Positions 1-8,706 of a DNA stretch of 26,680 nt are shown here, in pieces; position 1 is the stretch's first letter, and each line of letters opens with the position of its first letter. Where the stretch lies: assembly GCA_043767805.1 (NCBI GenBank), contig JAYUGC010000133.1, positions 1 through 26,680 on the forward strand, given 5' to 3'. The translations under genes and the position numbers were made by a program. This DNA comes from Pseudomonadota bacterium. GTDB taxonomy: Bacteria > Bdellovibrionota > FAC87 > UBA2466. The notes beneath the pieces were generated by a model. It was not told the origin of the DNA, did no database searches, and saw nothing but the letters and a program-made list of their open reading frames with translations.

Positions 1-180
1 TTACTACTCCTTTGCAGGGGGGACTTGCCGGTAGAGCCCTCGCTCTGCCTGGCTCACCCGCCAGTCTCAGTGGCCTTCCCAGGGCGCACAATTTTATTGT
101 TTCGGGGGGATTCGGAACTCGGATCGGAGCCGATTTCCTCAAGGAAATAGGGGCTGACCAGTTCTGCCCATCCGCGAAGG

Positions 181-1563
181 CTACGGCACCTGTGCCCAGC
201 TCGGATTCTTACAATCGCGACCCGTCGGCGATAAGCGACGACGGACCTTGCCGTCCAACGTACTTACCCAGATCGCGTAAGCGCCGTCTTCATTCGTCGC
301 GTAGGCAAAGTGACGGCCGGTGGCGGCCCAGCTCGGGTTCTCGCTGTTCACGCGACGTCCGCCGTCGGTGACACGCGCGAGGTTATTGCCGTCGGGGTCG
401 ATCAAATAGAGATCGAAATTCCCTTCCGCAAGCCTCTGCGCCGCGAAGAGGATTTTATCCCCGCGAGGGGACCACGACGGAGATGCGTTGTACGTTCCCG
501 CGAACGTGAGCTGTGTCGCCTGCTTGGAGCCCAAGTCGACGATATAAATCATCGGGTGGCCCGTGCGCGCGGAGGAGAGCACGATCTTCTTTCCGTCCGG
601 GGACCAGAAGGGCTCGACGTCCAAGAGATTATTCACCGACTCCGTTTGGAATCCGCCGCTTATCTTTCTCCACTGAATATTTCGGCTCAAAGGAAACGGA
701 TTGCCACCGCCGCTTGGATCGAAGAGATAAATCTCGGGGCGGCCGGTGTAGCTGAGGGTTCCGGCGATCTGCTTTCCGTCGGGAGACCAGGCGGCGCCGC
801 TGTTGACGCCCTTGCGAGCGGAAATCACTTTGCGTTTGCCCGATCTCAAATCGTGCGTCTTCAAGGCCTGGACTTTTTGGCGATGGCCGTCGATGCGGCG
901 GAACTCGTACTGGCTATAGGCGATGAATTTCGCGTCCGGAGACCAGGAGGGGCTCAAGGAAATCGTATCGTCGCTGGTCAGCTGAATGAGATTCTTGCCG
1001 TCGCTGTCCGATACGAAGATCTCTCGAGGGGCGTTTTTGCGCTTTAAGTCCGCGCAGGCCATGAGCACGCGCGTATTGAAAAGCCCCTTCTCTCCCGTAA
1101 TCGCCGTTAACATTTCCTCGGCCAGGGAATGCACCATCTTGGCGGTTTGATCGGCGCCGAAGGTGTAGGTCTTTCCGAAAATGCGCTTCTCGCCGGGAAC
1201 GTCGTAGAGAACGCCTTCGAGCGTCACCTTGCCGCCCGCCATCCGATACCCGAGCCGAAGCACGAAGGAAGCCTGGAGCGGACCCCACTCGGAAAACCGA
1301 AGCTTGTAGATGTCTGCGTTCGCGTCGAGATTGGCGAAGAGTCCCGGCTCGATGAAATCGAAAAGATTCATCAGCTCGAGATCCTCTTTCACCTGCTTGG
1401 AAATTTTCGCGGCGGTGGCGCCATCTCCCGGGCCCCCGAGCGATTTGAGGATACCCAAAGCGAGCTTTGCTCGCTTCACGTTCGCGCCGGTCACCGTGAT
1501 GTAGACCTCGGCTTGCGCGAGGGCGGCTAAAAAGAGTAACGAAAGACCAATAAACTTAAGCAT
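181..1563 (-). CDS. tolB: Tol-Pal system periplasmic beta-propeller protein TolB
   Basis: Signal peptide, TolB N-terminal domain, repeated PD40 blades (SPSWSPDAK, AAWSPDGK, PFWSPDGK, SPSWSPRG, NPSWA); follows tolQ-tolR-tolA. Confidence 0.93.
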   Translation of the reverse strand: MLKFIGLSLLFLAALAQAEVYITVTGANVKRAKLALGILKSLGGPGDGATAAKISKQVKEDLELMNLFDFIEPGLFANLDANADIYKLRFSEWGPLQASFVLRLGYRMAGGKVTLEGVLYDVPGEKRIFGKTYTFGADQTAKMVHSLAEEMLTAITGEKGLFNTRVLMACADLKRKNAPREIFVSDSDGKNLIQLTSDDTISLSPSWSPDAKFIAYSQYEFRRIDGHRQKVQALKTHDLRSGKRKVISARKGVNSGAAWSPDGKQIAGTLSYTGRPEIYLFDPSGGGNPFPLSRNIQWRKISGGFQTESVNNLLDVEPFWSPDGKKIVLSSARTGHPMIYIVDLGSKQATQLTFAGTYNASPSWSPRGDKILFAAQRLAEGNFDLYLIDPDGNNLARVTDGGRRVNSENPSWAATGRHFAYATNEDGAYAIWVSTLDGKVRRRLSPTGRDCKNPSWAQVP

Positions 1564-1571
1564 GGGTTACC

Positions 1572-2414
1572 TCACTCGTCGGGATGAAACTCAATGGTTA
1601 TACCTTCATTAAGGACGGACTCATCATCGGGGATCGGGTACGGCGCGGAGTCCTCCACGGCTTGAAGTAGAGCGGAATCAAACGACTGATCTTTCGACCG
1701 TTTTAGGATCCGCTTCTCTTTCACTTTGCCCTGCGGGGTCACTTTCAAAAAAACGTACCCGACTAGGCCCTTTTTGGTCTGCCAGGCAAAGATGTTGAAG
1801 TTCTTTTTGATCCTTTGCGCGATGAGCGAAATATAACGATCCTTCGCGGTCCCGATTAAGCCCTTCGCGCTCGTCCCTTTCGAGAGGACGTTGCCCTTCA
1901 ATTTTCCGCGGCTGCCCGCGCCGGCTAGATCTTTGAGAGCGGCCTCCCGCTTCGCGTCCGCCTCGATTTGCTTCAGCGCGCTCTCGCGCTCTTTCCGCTC
2001 TTTGTCCTTACGATCCTTTTCCGCCTTCTCCGCTTTGGCTTTCGTCACTTCGGCTTGGTGCTTCGCTTCCAGCTCCGCCATGATTTGCTCTTGGGCCTTC
2101 CCCGTATCCTCGCCCTTCGTCTCGGGAGGCGTCTCGGCTACGGCCGGAGGCACGGCCTTATCCTTCATGGGAAGACTCGTATCGACGTCGTCCGCCCCCA
2201 AAAGCTGATCGGGAAGTCCCACCACGTCGACTTGAATGAACTCCTGATAAACCTCTTTACGAGTTTGCCGCGGCCCGAGAATGCCCCAGCCGAACTTTTC
2301 CATGAGGACCATCGTGCCGAAAAAGAGCGGGATGCAGAGGTGAAACGCGAGGGAAAGGTAGAGGAATATTTTCGGGGTGTGTAAAAATCGCCAGTTTAAT
2401 TCTTCCGACGTCAT
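1572..2414 (-). CDS. tolA: TolA / TonB C-terminal domain protein
   Basis: N-terminal TM with SxxxH motif (SLAFH), Lys/Glu/Ala-rich helical stalk, TonB_C-like C-terminus (KRSKDQSFDSALLQAV..APYP); lies between tolR and tolB. Confidence 0.88.
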   Translation of the reverse strand: MTSEELNWRFLHTPKIFLYLSLAFHLCIPLFFGTMVLMEKFGWGILGPRQTRKEVYQEFIQVDVVGLPDQLLGADDVDTSLPMKDKAVPPAVAETPPETKGEDTGKAQEQIMAELEAKHQAEVTKAKAEKAEKDRKDKERKERESALKQIEADAKREAALKDLAGAGSRGKLKGNVLSKGTSAKGLIGTAKDRYISLIAQRIKKNFNIFAWQTKKGLVGYVFLKVTPQGKVKEKRILKRSKDQSFDSALLQAVEDSAPYPIPDDESVLNEGITIEFHPDE

Positions 2415-2423
2415 GAGTTCGGG

Positions 2424-2867
2424 CTAATGCTTGGAAGGGCCCGGCTCCGTTTCGGGAGGAAGCGTGACCAGGCCGATCTTGTGGATGCCGGCCATTTTCA
2501 CCGCCGCCATGGTTTGGGCTACGAAAGCATAAGGAAGCGTCCCATCCGCGCGGATGTAGATCTCCTTGTTCTGGCGCTTACTGAAAACTTTCTTCAACGC
2601 GGGCTGAAGCGAGGTCAGGTAGACCTCGTCTTTATCAACGAAAATGCGCGACTCCTTAGTGAGGTTCAGCGTGACGGGCCTGTCATCTTTCTTGGGTAAA
2701 GCTTGCGAAGAGGCCTTCGGCAACTCGATGGGAATGCCGTTCTCCATCAAGGGCGTTGCCACCATGAAGATGATGAGGAGCACCAGCATCACGTCCACAA
2801 AGGGCGTGATGTTGATTTCCGACATGGGGCCTTTGTCATCCCCGCCGCTGTTTGTGCTCATGCCCAT
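2424..2867 (-). CDS. tolR: TolR / ExbD family protein
   Basis: SEINITPFVDVMLVLLIIFMV signature and IRADGTLPY periplasmic motif. Confidence 0.93.
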   Translation of the reverse strand: MGMSTNSGGDDKGPMSEINITPFVDVMLVLLIIFMVATPLMENGIPIELPKASSQALPKKDDRPVTLNLTKESRIFVDKDEVYLTSLQPALKKVFSKRQNKEIYIRADGTLPYAFVAQTMAAVKMAGIHKIGLVTLPPETEPGPSKH

Positions 2868-2871
2868 AGCT

Positions 2872-3621
2872 TCAAGCCGTCATGAAATTGCGTTTTACGA
2901 TGTTCAGGAAATCGCCCGCGAAATTTTCCATCTGCATGCGAAGCGCGCGGACTTTGTGCGTATAAAAGTTGTAGCCCATGACCGCGGGGATGGCGCAGAA
3001 GAGGCCGACGGCCGTCGCGATCAAAGCCTCGGCGATACCGGGCGCTACAACGGCGAGACTCGCGCCGCCCTTGATGCCGATGTTTTGAAACGCGTTCATG
3101 ATGCCCCAGACGGTACCGAACAACCCGATGAAGGGAGCCGTACTGCCCGCGGTCGCTAAAAAAGTCAGTGAGCGCTCGAGACGCATGGTCTCGCTGCGGC
3201 TCGCGCGGCTCAAGGCGCGCTCTAAGTTCGAGATGGAAGAATCCGGCGGAACGAGCTTCGTCGGATCGGAAACGGTACTCGTTTTTCCGCGCTGCTTTTC
3301 CATCAAGCGCTGCAGTTCGACGTAGCCGCTTTGGAAGATCTTGGCGACCGGAGCGCCGGGAAATTTTTTGGCCTCGGCATAGATGTGATCCATGCTTTTT
3401 CCGCTCCAGAAAATGTCCAAAAAGCTCTCGGAGTTGGAAAAGCTGCGGCGGACGATGCCCCACTTATAAAGGATGATCGCCCAGGTGATCACCGAGAAGG
3501 AGATCAAGATGAGGAGCACCAGCTGCACCACTCCGCTCGCGTTGAGCATGAGATCGATGGAAGAGAGGCTTTGGGCCGCCTCTTTCACGGGCGCTTCGGC
3601 CGCTGCAAACGCTGAATTCAT
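2872..3621 (-). CDS. tolQ: TolQ (MotA/TolQ/ExbB proton channel family)
   Basis: LATAGSTAPFIGLFGTVWGIM and VAPGIAEALIATAVGL signatures. Confidence 0.95.
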   Translation of the reverse strand: MNSAFAAAEAPVKEAAQSLSSIDLMLNASGVVQLVLLILISFSVITWAIILYKWGIVRRSFSNSESFLDIFWSGKSMDHIYAEAKKFPGAPVAKIFQSGYVELQRLMEKQRGKTSTVSDPTKLVPPDSSISNLERALSRASRSETMRLERSLTFLATAGSTAPFIGLFGTVWGIMNAFQNIGIKGGASLAVVAPGIAEALIATAVGLFCAIPAVMGYNFYTHKVRALRMQMENFAGDFLNIVKRNFMTA

Positions 3622-3718
3622 TGGTTTTCCAAGTTAAAGAGCAATTCCTGGGAGGAGGCGTTGCCTAAAAGTTTTGATTTAGTGTATGAGAGGCCCTCTA
3701 TAGCGTCAAGGAGCGGGG

Positions 3719-5062
3719 ATGCGTCAAAATCGAATCACTATCGTCGGAGCCGGGCTCGCGGGAAGCGAAGCCGCGTGGCAAATCGCCGAGGCCGGCATCG
3801 GCGTCGATCTTTACGAGATGCGCCCCACGCGCAAAACGGAAGCACATACTACGACCGACTGCGCCGAGCTGGTTTGCAGCAATAGCTTTGGCTCCGATAG
3901 CCCGCACCACGCCTCGCGCCTTCTAAAGGAAGAGGTCGAAGGCATGGGCGGCTTGCTCATTCGCCTGGCTCGAGAGCACAGCGTTCCAGCAGGCGCTTCG
4001 CTTGCCATTGATCGGCTCGCTTTCTCCGGCGCGGTCACCAAGGCTTTGGAGACGCACCCCAACATTACGATTCACCGCGAGCCCGTGAATCAGGTGCCGA
4101 GAGAAGGCATCAGTGTCATCGCCACGGGACCGCTCACCTCCAAGGAGCTCGCCGAGGATTTGCGCTCGCTCATCGGCGGCGCGGATCTGTATTTCTACGA
4201 CGCCATCTCGCCCATCGTTTCGGCTGATAGCCTCGATTACGAAAAACTTTTTTTCGCTAACCGCTACGACAAAGGCGAAACGGCGGACTTCCTGAATCTT
4301 CCGCTAAACGAAGATCAGTACAATAATTTCGTCGATGAGATCTTAAAGGGCGACGTCGTCCTTCCCCACGACTTCGAGGAAGAAAAATATTTCGAAGGCT
4401 GTATGCCCATCGAAGCCATTGCGGCGCGCGGCCGAAAAACGCTTTCCTTCGGCCCCATGAAACCGGTGGGCTTGGACGATCCGCGCACGGGCCGGTGGGC
4501 TCACGCCGTCATTCAGCTCCGCACCGAGAATAAGCACAAGACCGCGTACAACCTCGTGGGCTTTCAGACCAAGCTAAAATACGGCGAGCAGCTTAGAATT
4601 TTTCGCACGCTTCCCGGTCTGGAGAACGCGGAGTTCCTTCGCCTGGGAAGCATGCACCGAAACACGTATTTGGATTCCCCGCGCGCCCTCGAGCCGACGC
4701 TTCGGCTCAAAGCGCTCCCAAACGTCTTCATCGCCGGCCAGCTCACTGGGACGGAAGGCTATCTGGAATCGGTGGCGACCGGTCTACTCGCCGGGTGGAA
4801 CGCCATTCGTCTTCATAAAGGTGAGCCACTCGAAGTGCCGCCGCCGACTACGATGCTGGGCGCCCTGCTCTCTTCCATCACGGACGCGACGAAGAAGAAC
4901 TTTCAGCCCACTAACGTAAATTTAGGGTTGTTCCCGCCACTCGAAGTGCCAGTGAAGAAAGACAAGAAGCTTCGCAACGCCGCCTACGCGGCCCGCGCTT
5001 CCGATAGCTTCAAGGCCTGGCGCGCTCACTCGCGGAGCGAGATGCCGGCCGGCACGTTGTAG
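3719..5062 (+). CDS. trmFO: Folate/FAD-dependent tRNA (uracil-54)-methyltransferase TrmFO
   Basis: GAGLAGSEAA FAD motif, AELVCSNS and FEGCMPIE catalytic Cys motifs, FGPMKPVGL, VGFQT, AGQLTGTEGY; RBS AAGGAG upstream. Confidence 0.97.
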   Translation: MRQNRITIVGAGLAGSEAAWQIAEAGIGVDLYEMRPTRKTEAHTTTDCAELVCSNSFGSDSPHHASRLLKEEVEGMGGLLIRLAREHSVPAGASLAIDRLAFSGAVTKALETHPNITIHREPVNQVPREGISVIATGPLTSKELAEDLRSLIGGADLYFYDAISPIVSADSLDYEKLFFANRYDKGETADFLNLPLNEDQYNNFVDEILKGDVVLPHDFEEEKYFEGCMPIEAIAARGRKTLSFGPMKPVGLDDPRTGRWAHAVIQLRTENKHKTAYNLVGFQTKLKYGEQLRIFRTLPGLENAEFLRLGSMHRNTYLDSPRALEPTLRLKALPNVFIAGQLTGTEGYLESVATGLLAGWNAIRLHKGEPLEVPPPTTMLGALLSSITDATKKNFQPTNVNLGLFPPLEVPVKKDKKLRNAAYAARASDSFKAWRAHSRSEMPAGTL

Positions 5063-5853
5063 ATGGTCTCGGAAGAAATTCCGCGCATCACGCCCGGGCT
5101 CACCGAACGGGATTCCATGAAACCATTTCCCGTATGCTGTGGCACTTGCACGGGAGAGTTCTGTCTGAGCCCTTCCGCGAAAATGTTTCCCGGCCGGTAC
5201 GAGGGATTTAATCCCGACGCAGCTATCTGATTGGCGAGGCTCGTTCCCTTTTGCGCGACGGGCTCCGCGCGTGGAGGAGCCGTGAACTGCTCGGCGACTT
5301 TCGTGATGTAGGCGACTTGAGACGCATTCAAAGCCTGAATGTCTTGGACGACGCCTTTGGCAATTTCCGTGAGAGAGCCGGACGGCGCGGGAGCCGAAAG
5401 TGCTTTGAGCGAGTCGGCGACGGCCGAGCTCACGCCGGCGTCTTTGGGCTGAGAGCTGCCGACGCTGGAGAGGAAAGACTCGCCGGCACTCTTCAGAGAC
5501 TCACTCTGTTTCTCGGTCGACGATTTAATGCTTTCTTGCGCGGCCTGAGCGGCCTGGCCCGAGTCTTGCGCGCCACGGCCGGAGCTCTTCTTCTGAGTGA
5601 GATTCTTGCCTTGCTCCTGCAGTTGCAAAACCTGCTGCTGCATTTGCTGCAATTGAGTTTGCTGGTTTTGGACGGGATTGCCGTTTTGATCGAACTGCTG
5701 CTGCTGGCCCTGCTGCTGGAAACCAAACTCGCCGATGCCGCGGCCCGAGCTATGGGTAGCAGACGCTTCAACGCCTTCGGTGACCATCTGCGGCGGGCCC
5801 GCATAGACGTGGAAAGCCAACGTCGCAATGAGTAGCGTGATTAAAGACCGCAT
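5026..5853 (-). CDS. Secreted Gln/Ser-rich low-complexity hypothetical protein
   Basis: Signal peptide (MRSLITLLIATLAFHVYA), Gln-rich tract, RBS GGGGGA; 3' end overlaps the trmFO 3' end by 37 bp. Confidence 0.8.
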   Translation of the reverse strand: MRSLITLLIATLAFHVYAGPPQMVTEGVEASATHSSGRGIGEFGFQQQGQQQQFDQNGNPVQNQQTQLQQMQQQVLQLQEQGKNLTQKKSSGRGAQDSGQAAQAAQESIKSSTEKQSESLKSAGESFLSSVGSSQPKDAGVSSAVADSLKALSAPAPSGSLTEIAKGVVQDIQALNASQVAYITKVAEQFTAPPRAEPVAQKGTSLANQIAASGLNPSYRPGNIFAEGLRQNSPVQVPQHTGNGFMESRSVSPGVMRGISSETIYNVPAGISLRE

Positions 5854-5877
5854 GGATTCCCCCTATTAAGAGGTAGC

Positions 5878-5893
5878 TGCATATCGCTTGCCA
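5878..5893 (-). promoter_or_regulatory. Candidate sigma54 (-24/-12) promoter for the Gln-rich gene
   Basis: Minus strand reads TGGCAAGCGATATGCA with exact GG-N10-GC spacing, about 25 bp before the ATG. Confidence 0.6.
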
Positions 5894-6009
5894 CTTAGTC
5901 TTCAGGGGATGGGTGGTAATAAAGAGCGTGTATTCCGTAGCTTAAGTAAGCTAGGCCGAAGGGGCAGATCGTGAAAAGTGTACAGGCAACCGACAGTTCC
6001 TGCCCGGAG

Positions 6010-6046
6010 AAAACAAAAACAGGTGGTAGGGTACATCCCTACCACC
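6010..6046 (-). terminator. Rho-independent terminator
   Basis: Perfect 10-bp stem GGTGGTAGGG/CCCTACCACC (6022-6031/6037-6046), 5-nt loop, followed on the minus strand by TGTTTTTGTTTT. Confidence 0.8.
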
Positions 6047-6333
6047 CGCTTCTGTGTGCCTTCCGTCCCGCGCATCAAGACTAAAAAGTGCGATGAATCG
6101 GCCGGACCAACAGTGAGAACACCCTGGTCCCGGAACTTTCCGTGCCGTTACCGGCCGTTTCCCGCACTAAAGAATGGGTCGTCTGCCGCTCGCGTTCGGT
6201 CTCTCTTCGACGATAATCCCCGACAACAAGGACAGCGGCGATTAAAACCAACCAGACCAAATCGAGCCAAAATTTTTTCTTTTCAATCCTTGCTCTAAGC
6301 CGTGCCTGGACCTGTCTGCTTCAACATCGTGAT
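6010..6333 (-). ncRNA. Candidate sigma54-dependent structured small RNA (alternatively an mRNA for a 59-68 aa membrane peptide)
   Basis: Bounded by a -24/-12 motif and a terminator; nested complementary segments 6087-6092/6163-6168, 6099-6105/6151-6157, 6104-6109/6125-6130, 6185-6190/6234-6239. Confidence 0.5.
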
Positions 6334-6343
6334 TGAGTTAGAC

Positions 6344-6360
6344 TGCAACGGCAGGGCCAG
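6344..6360 (-). promoter_or_regulatory. Candidate sigma54 (-24/-12) promoter
   Basis: Minus strand CTGGCCCTGCCGTTGCA, one mismatch to TGGCAC-N5-TTGCW; predicted start about 6333. Confidence 0.68.
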
Positions 6361-6614
6361 GATCGGGCTCCTTCTCAAGTCACTCGTGAAAACCGGGGGT
6401 TAAATTGGAAATGACTACGCTCTGTACGCGTGGTCAGTCCCCCAACAGGTGCCTAACTTTTTTCGGCGCCCCCGAGGAACTGAACCAACTTCGCTGTTAA
6501 TTCAAAGGTTTGTCTGTATTCGACCAGTATACAGTCAACGCTCTACGTAGCGACACAAGCCTTCCCCTCGAAGGAAACCCCGGATCGACCGATAAGTTGA
6601 CCGTGGAGATGCGG

Positions 6615-7547
6615 ATGAAAGTCTTACTGCTAATCACGCTCGGGCTCGGCCTTGGGGCCGCGCCTTATGCTCAGGCCGAAGCGGGACCGAAAGCCGAGAA
6701 GTCGGCCGCCGGCCTTCCGCCGCTTCCGAAGCATGACGACCCTTCGAGCTTACTCGACGACGATGACCTCGGGGCTCCGGCTCCGACGGGTATAACGGCC
6801 TTTCAAAATAAACCGCTTCGTCCGGAGAGTCTCGGTAAAGCGCCGCAGCCGGGAGAAGACCTCCTTCCCATTTCCATGGCTCCCGCGATGCCCCCGAAGC
6901 CGAAAGATTCGATCTCGCTCGAGCCGGTGATGAAGGCGTCTTCGCCGACCGTGCTCACTTTGCCCGCTCAAGCTATCGCGCCCTCGTCCGCGACCGCGCC
7001 TTCGCTTTCGCCGGGAGCTCTGGCGCTTCCGAAAGCCGTATCCCCGCAAGTGCTCGGGCCCCGTCTCGCGACGCCGCTTAGCTTGCCTTCGCTTCAAGCG
7101 CCCCCCGCTACCGTCTCGGCGACCCCGCCCGCCGTCTCGACCCCCGCGGCCTCGCGCACGCCGTCCAACGAGAAGATGGTGGAAACGAAAGTCTCTCTCG
7201 ACGAGCCGACCAACGTCCGCGGACCGGAAGTCGCCATCGTACTCACCGACGGAAAATTCCGCCCGGCCCGGCTTCGTTTGCGCTCCGGCGAAACGACTCG
7301 CCTTCTCTTTACGACCTTGGGACACAAGCCTGCGGCGCTCATCATCGAGCGGCTCAGAGTTCAGAAATGGCTCGCCCGCCCCGAGGAAGCCGCGAAACGC
7401 GCGCCGGCATCAAACGCGGCGCCTTGGGAAGTGAACCGCGAGCTCTCCAGCACGCGCCTCACCGAAATCGCTCTCGATCCCGTGCGCGGCAACTATACGT
7501 TTCATGACGCCATCAGCGGAGCCACCGGCGAAATCGTCGTCGAGTAA
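6615..7547 (+). CDS. Secreted Pro/Ala-rich protein with C-terminal cupredoxin-like domain
   Basis: RBS GGAG (6605-6608) before ATG 6615; signal peptide MKVLLLITLGLGLGAAPYAQA; long Pro-rich linker; C-terminal FRPARLRLRSGETTRLLF...GNYTFH...GEIVVE follows the cupredoxin strand pattern. Confidence 0.72.
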   Translation: MKVLLLITLGLGLGAAPYAQAEAGPKAEKSAAGLPPLPKHDDPSSLLDDDDLGAPAPTGITAFQNKPLRPESLGKAPQPGEDLLPISMAPAMPPKPKDSISLEPVMKASSPTVLTLPAQAIAPSSATAPSLSPGALALPKAVSPQVLGPRLATPLSLPSLQAPPATVSATPPAVSTPAASRTPSNEKMVETKVSLDEPTNVRGPEVAIVLTDGKFRPARLRLRSGETTRLLFTTLGHKPAALIIERLRVQKWLARPEEAAKRAPASNAAPWEVNRELSSTRLTEIALDPVRGNYTFHDAISGATGEIVVE

Positions 7548-7550
7548 CTT

Positions 7551-8705
7551 ATGTCGGTATTTGATACTTCAGTAAAAGTCTTTCTGGCTCCCGTCTGGAA
7601 GTACCTCGTGGACGACACCGTGACGGAAGTCATGATCAACGGGCCTAAGACGGTCTTCATCGAGCGCCGGGGACTCGTCGAGAAGACGGATTCCGTGTTC
7701 GAGGACGAGGCCGCCCTGATGGCGGCCGTAAGAAATATTTCTCAGTACGTCGGGCGGCCCATCAATGAGGACCGTCCTTTCCTCGATGCGCGCCTTCCCG
7801 ACGGATCTCGCATCCACGCCGTCGTTCCGCCCATCGCCCGAAACGGCACGACCGTCGCCATCCGTAAATTTTCCAAGACCAAGCTGTCCATCAAGGATCT
7901 CATCGACAAGGACGCCCTGTCCGTCGAGGCCGCGCGCTTTCTGGACATCTGCCTGCTGACGAAGAAAAACATCATCGTCTCGGGAGGCACGGGCTCCGGT
8001 AAAACCACCATTCTAGGTATTCTCGCCAGCCGCTGCCCGCCCGATCAGCGCATCGTCGTACTGGAAGACTCGGCGGAATTGAAGATTCACAACGGCCACG
8101 TCGTTTTCTTCGAAGCGCGTCCCGCCGACGAGTTCGGAAAAGGCGAAGTGCACTTACGCGATCTCGTTAAATCGTCCCTACGGCTTCGGCCCGACCGAGT
8201 GATCGTGGGAGAGGTGCGCGGCGGAGAAGCGCTCGATCTGATCAGTTCCATGAACACCGGTCACTCGGGCTCCATGGGCACGGTCCACTCCAACAACCCG
8301 CGCGAATGTCTCACCCGCCTGGAAACACTGGCCCTCATGAACGATACGGAAGTTCCCGTTCAGGCCATCCGCGCCCAGGTGGCGTCGGCGATCAACATCG
8401 TCCTTCAGCTTTCTCGTCTCCAAGACGGCTCCAGAAAAGTGACTTACATCTCAGAAGGCCTCGGCATGGACATCCGCGGCAACTACGTGACGAACGATAT
8501 CTACCGCTTCGAGCAGTCCGGCCGCAGCCCCGAAGGAAAAATCCTAGGCAGCCTCAACTCGATGGGAAATCTGCCGAGCTTCATTCGCGAGATCGAAGTC
8601 AATCAGCTCCCTTTCCCGAGAGAGCTCTTCCGCAACAAGAAGACCGGCAAGCTCAAATTTCCGTCCTTCCTCAACGAGGAAGAAGACGAAGCCAACGCCG
8701 CCTGA
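7551..8705 (+). CDS. cpaF: CpaF/TadA family pilus-assembly ATPase
   Basis: EVMING, DARLPDGSRIHAVVPP, Walker A GGTGSGKTT, Asp box LEDSAEL, Walker B RVIVGE, His box TGHSGSMGTVH. Confidence 0.93.
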   Translation: MSVFDTSVKVFLAPVWKYLVDDTVTEVMINGPKTVFIERRGLVEKTDSVFEDEAALMAAVRNISQYVGRPINEDRPFLDARLPDGSRIHAVVPPIARNGTTVAIRKFSKTKLSIKDLIDKDALSVEAARFLDICLLTKKNIIVSGGTGSGKTTILGILASRCPPDQRIVVLEDSAELKIHNGHVVFFEARPADEFGKGEVHLRDLVKSSLRLRPDRVIVGEVRGGEALDLISSMNTGHSGSMGTVHSNNPRECLTRLETLALMNDTEVPVQAIRAQVASAINIVLQLSRLQDGSRKVTYISEGLGMDIRGNYVTNDIYRFEQSGRSPEGKILGSLNSMGNLPSFIREIEVNQLPFPRELFRNKKTGKLKFPSFLNEEEDEANAA

Positions 8706-8706
8706 T

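Noticed and set aside
60..82. Cobalamin riboswitch-like words GGGAAGG and GCCACTG on the minus strand
   Set aside because: They occur in the wrong order and the rest of the aptamer is missing.
5978..6298. 106-aa plus-strand ORF
   Set aside because: Reads through the terminator hairpin, has Arg/Pro-rich junk composition, and the signals point to minus-strand transcription.
6514..6534. CTGTAT...ATACAG inverted repeat resembling an E. coli SOS box
   Set aside because: Spacer is N13 rather than N8 and the context is unrelated to repair.
6510..6614. Upstream TTG start for the Pro-rich gene (MSVFD, like the CpaF N-terminus)
   Set aside because: The RBS and signal peptide fit ATG 6615; the MSVFD similarity is short and probably coincidental.
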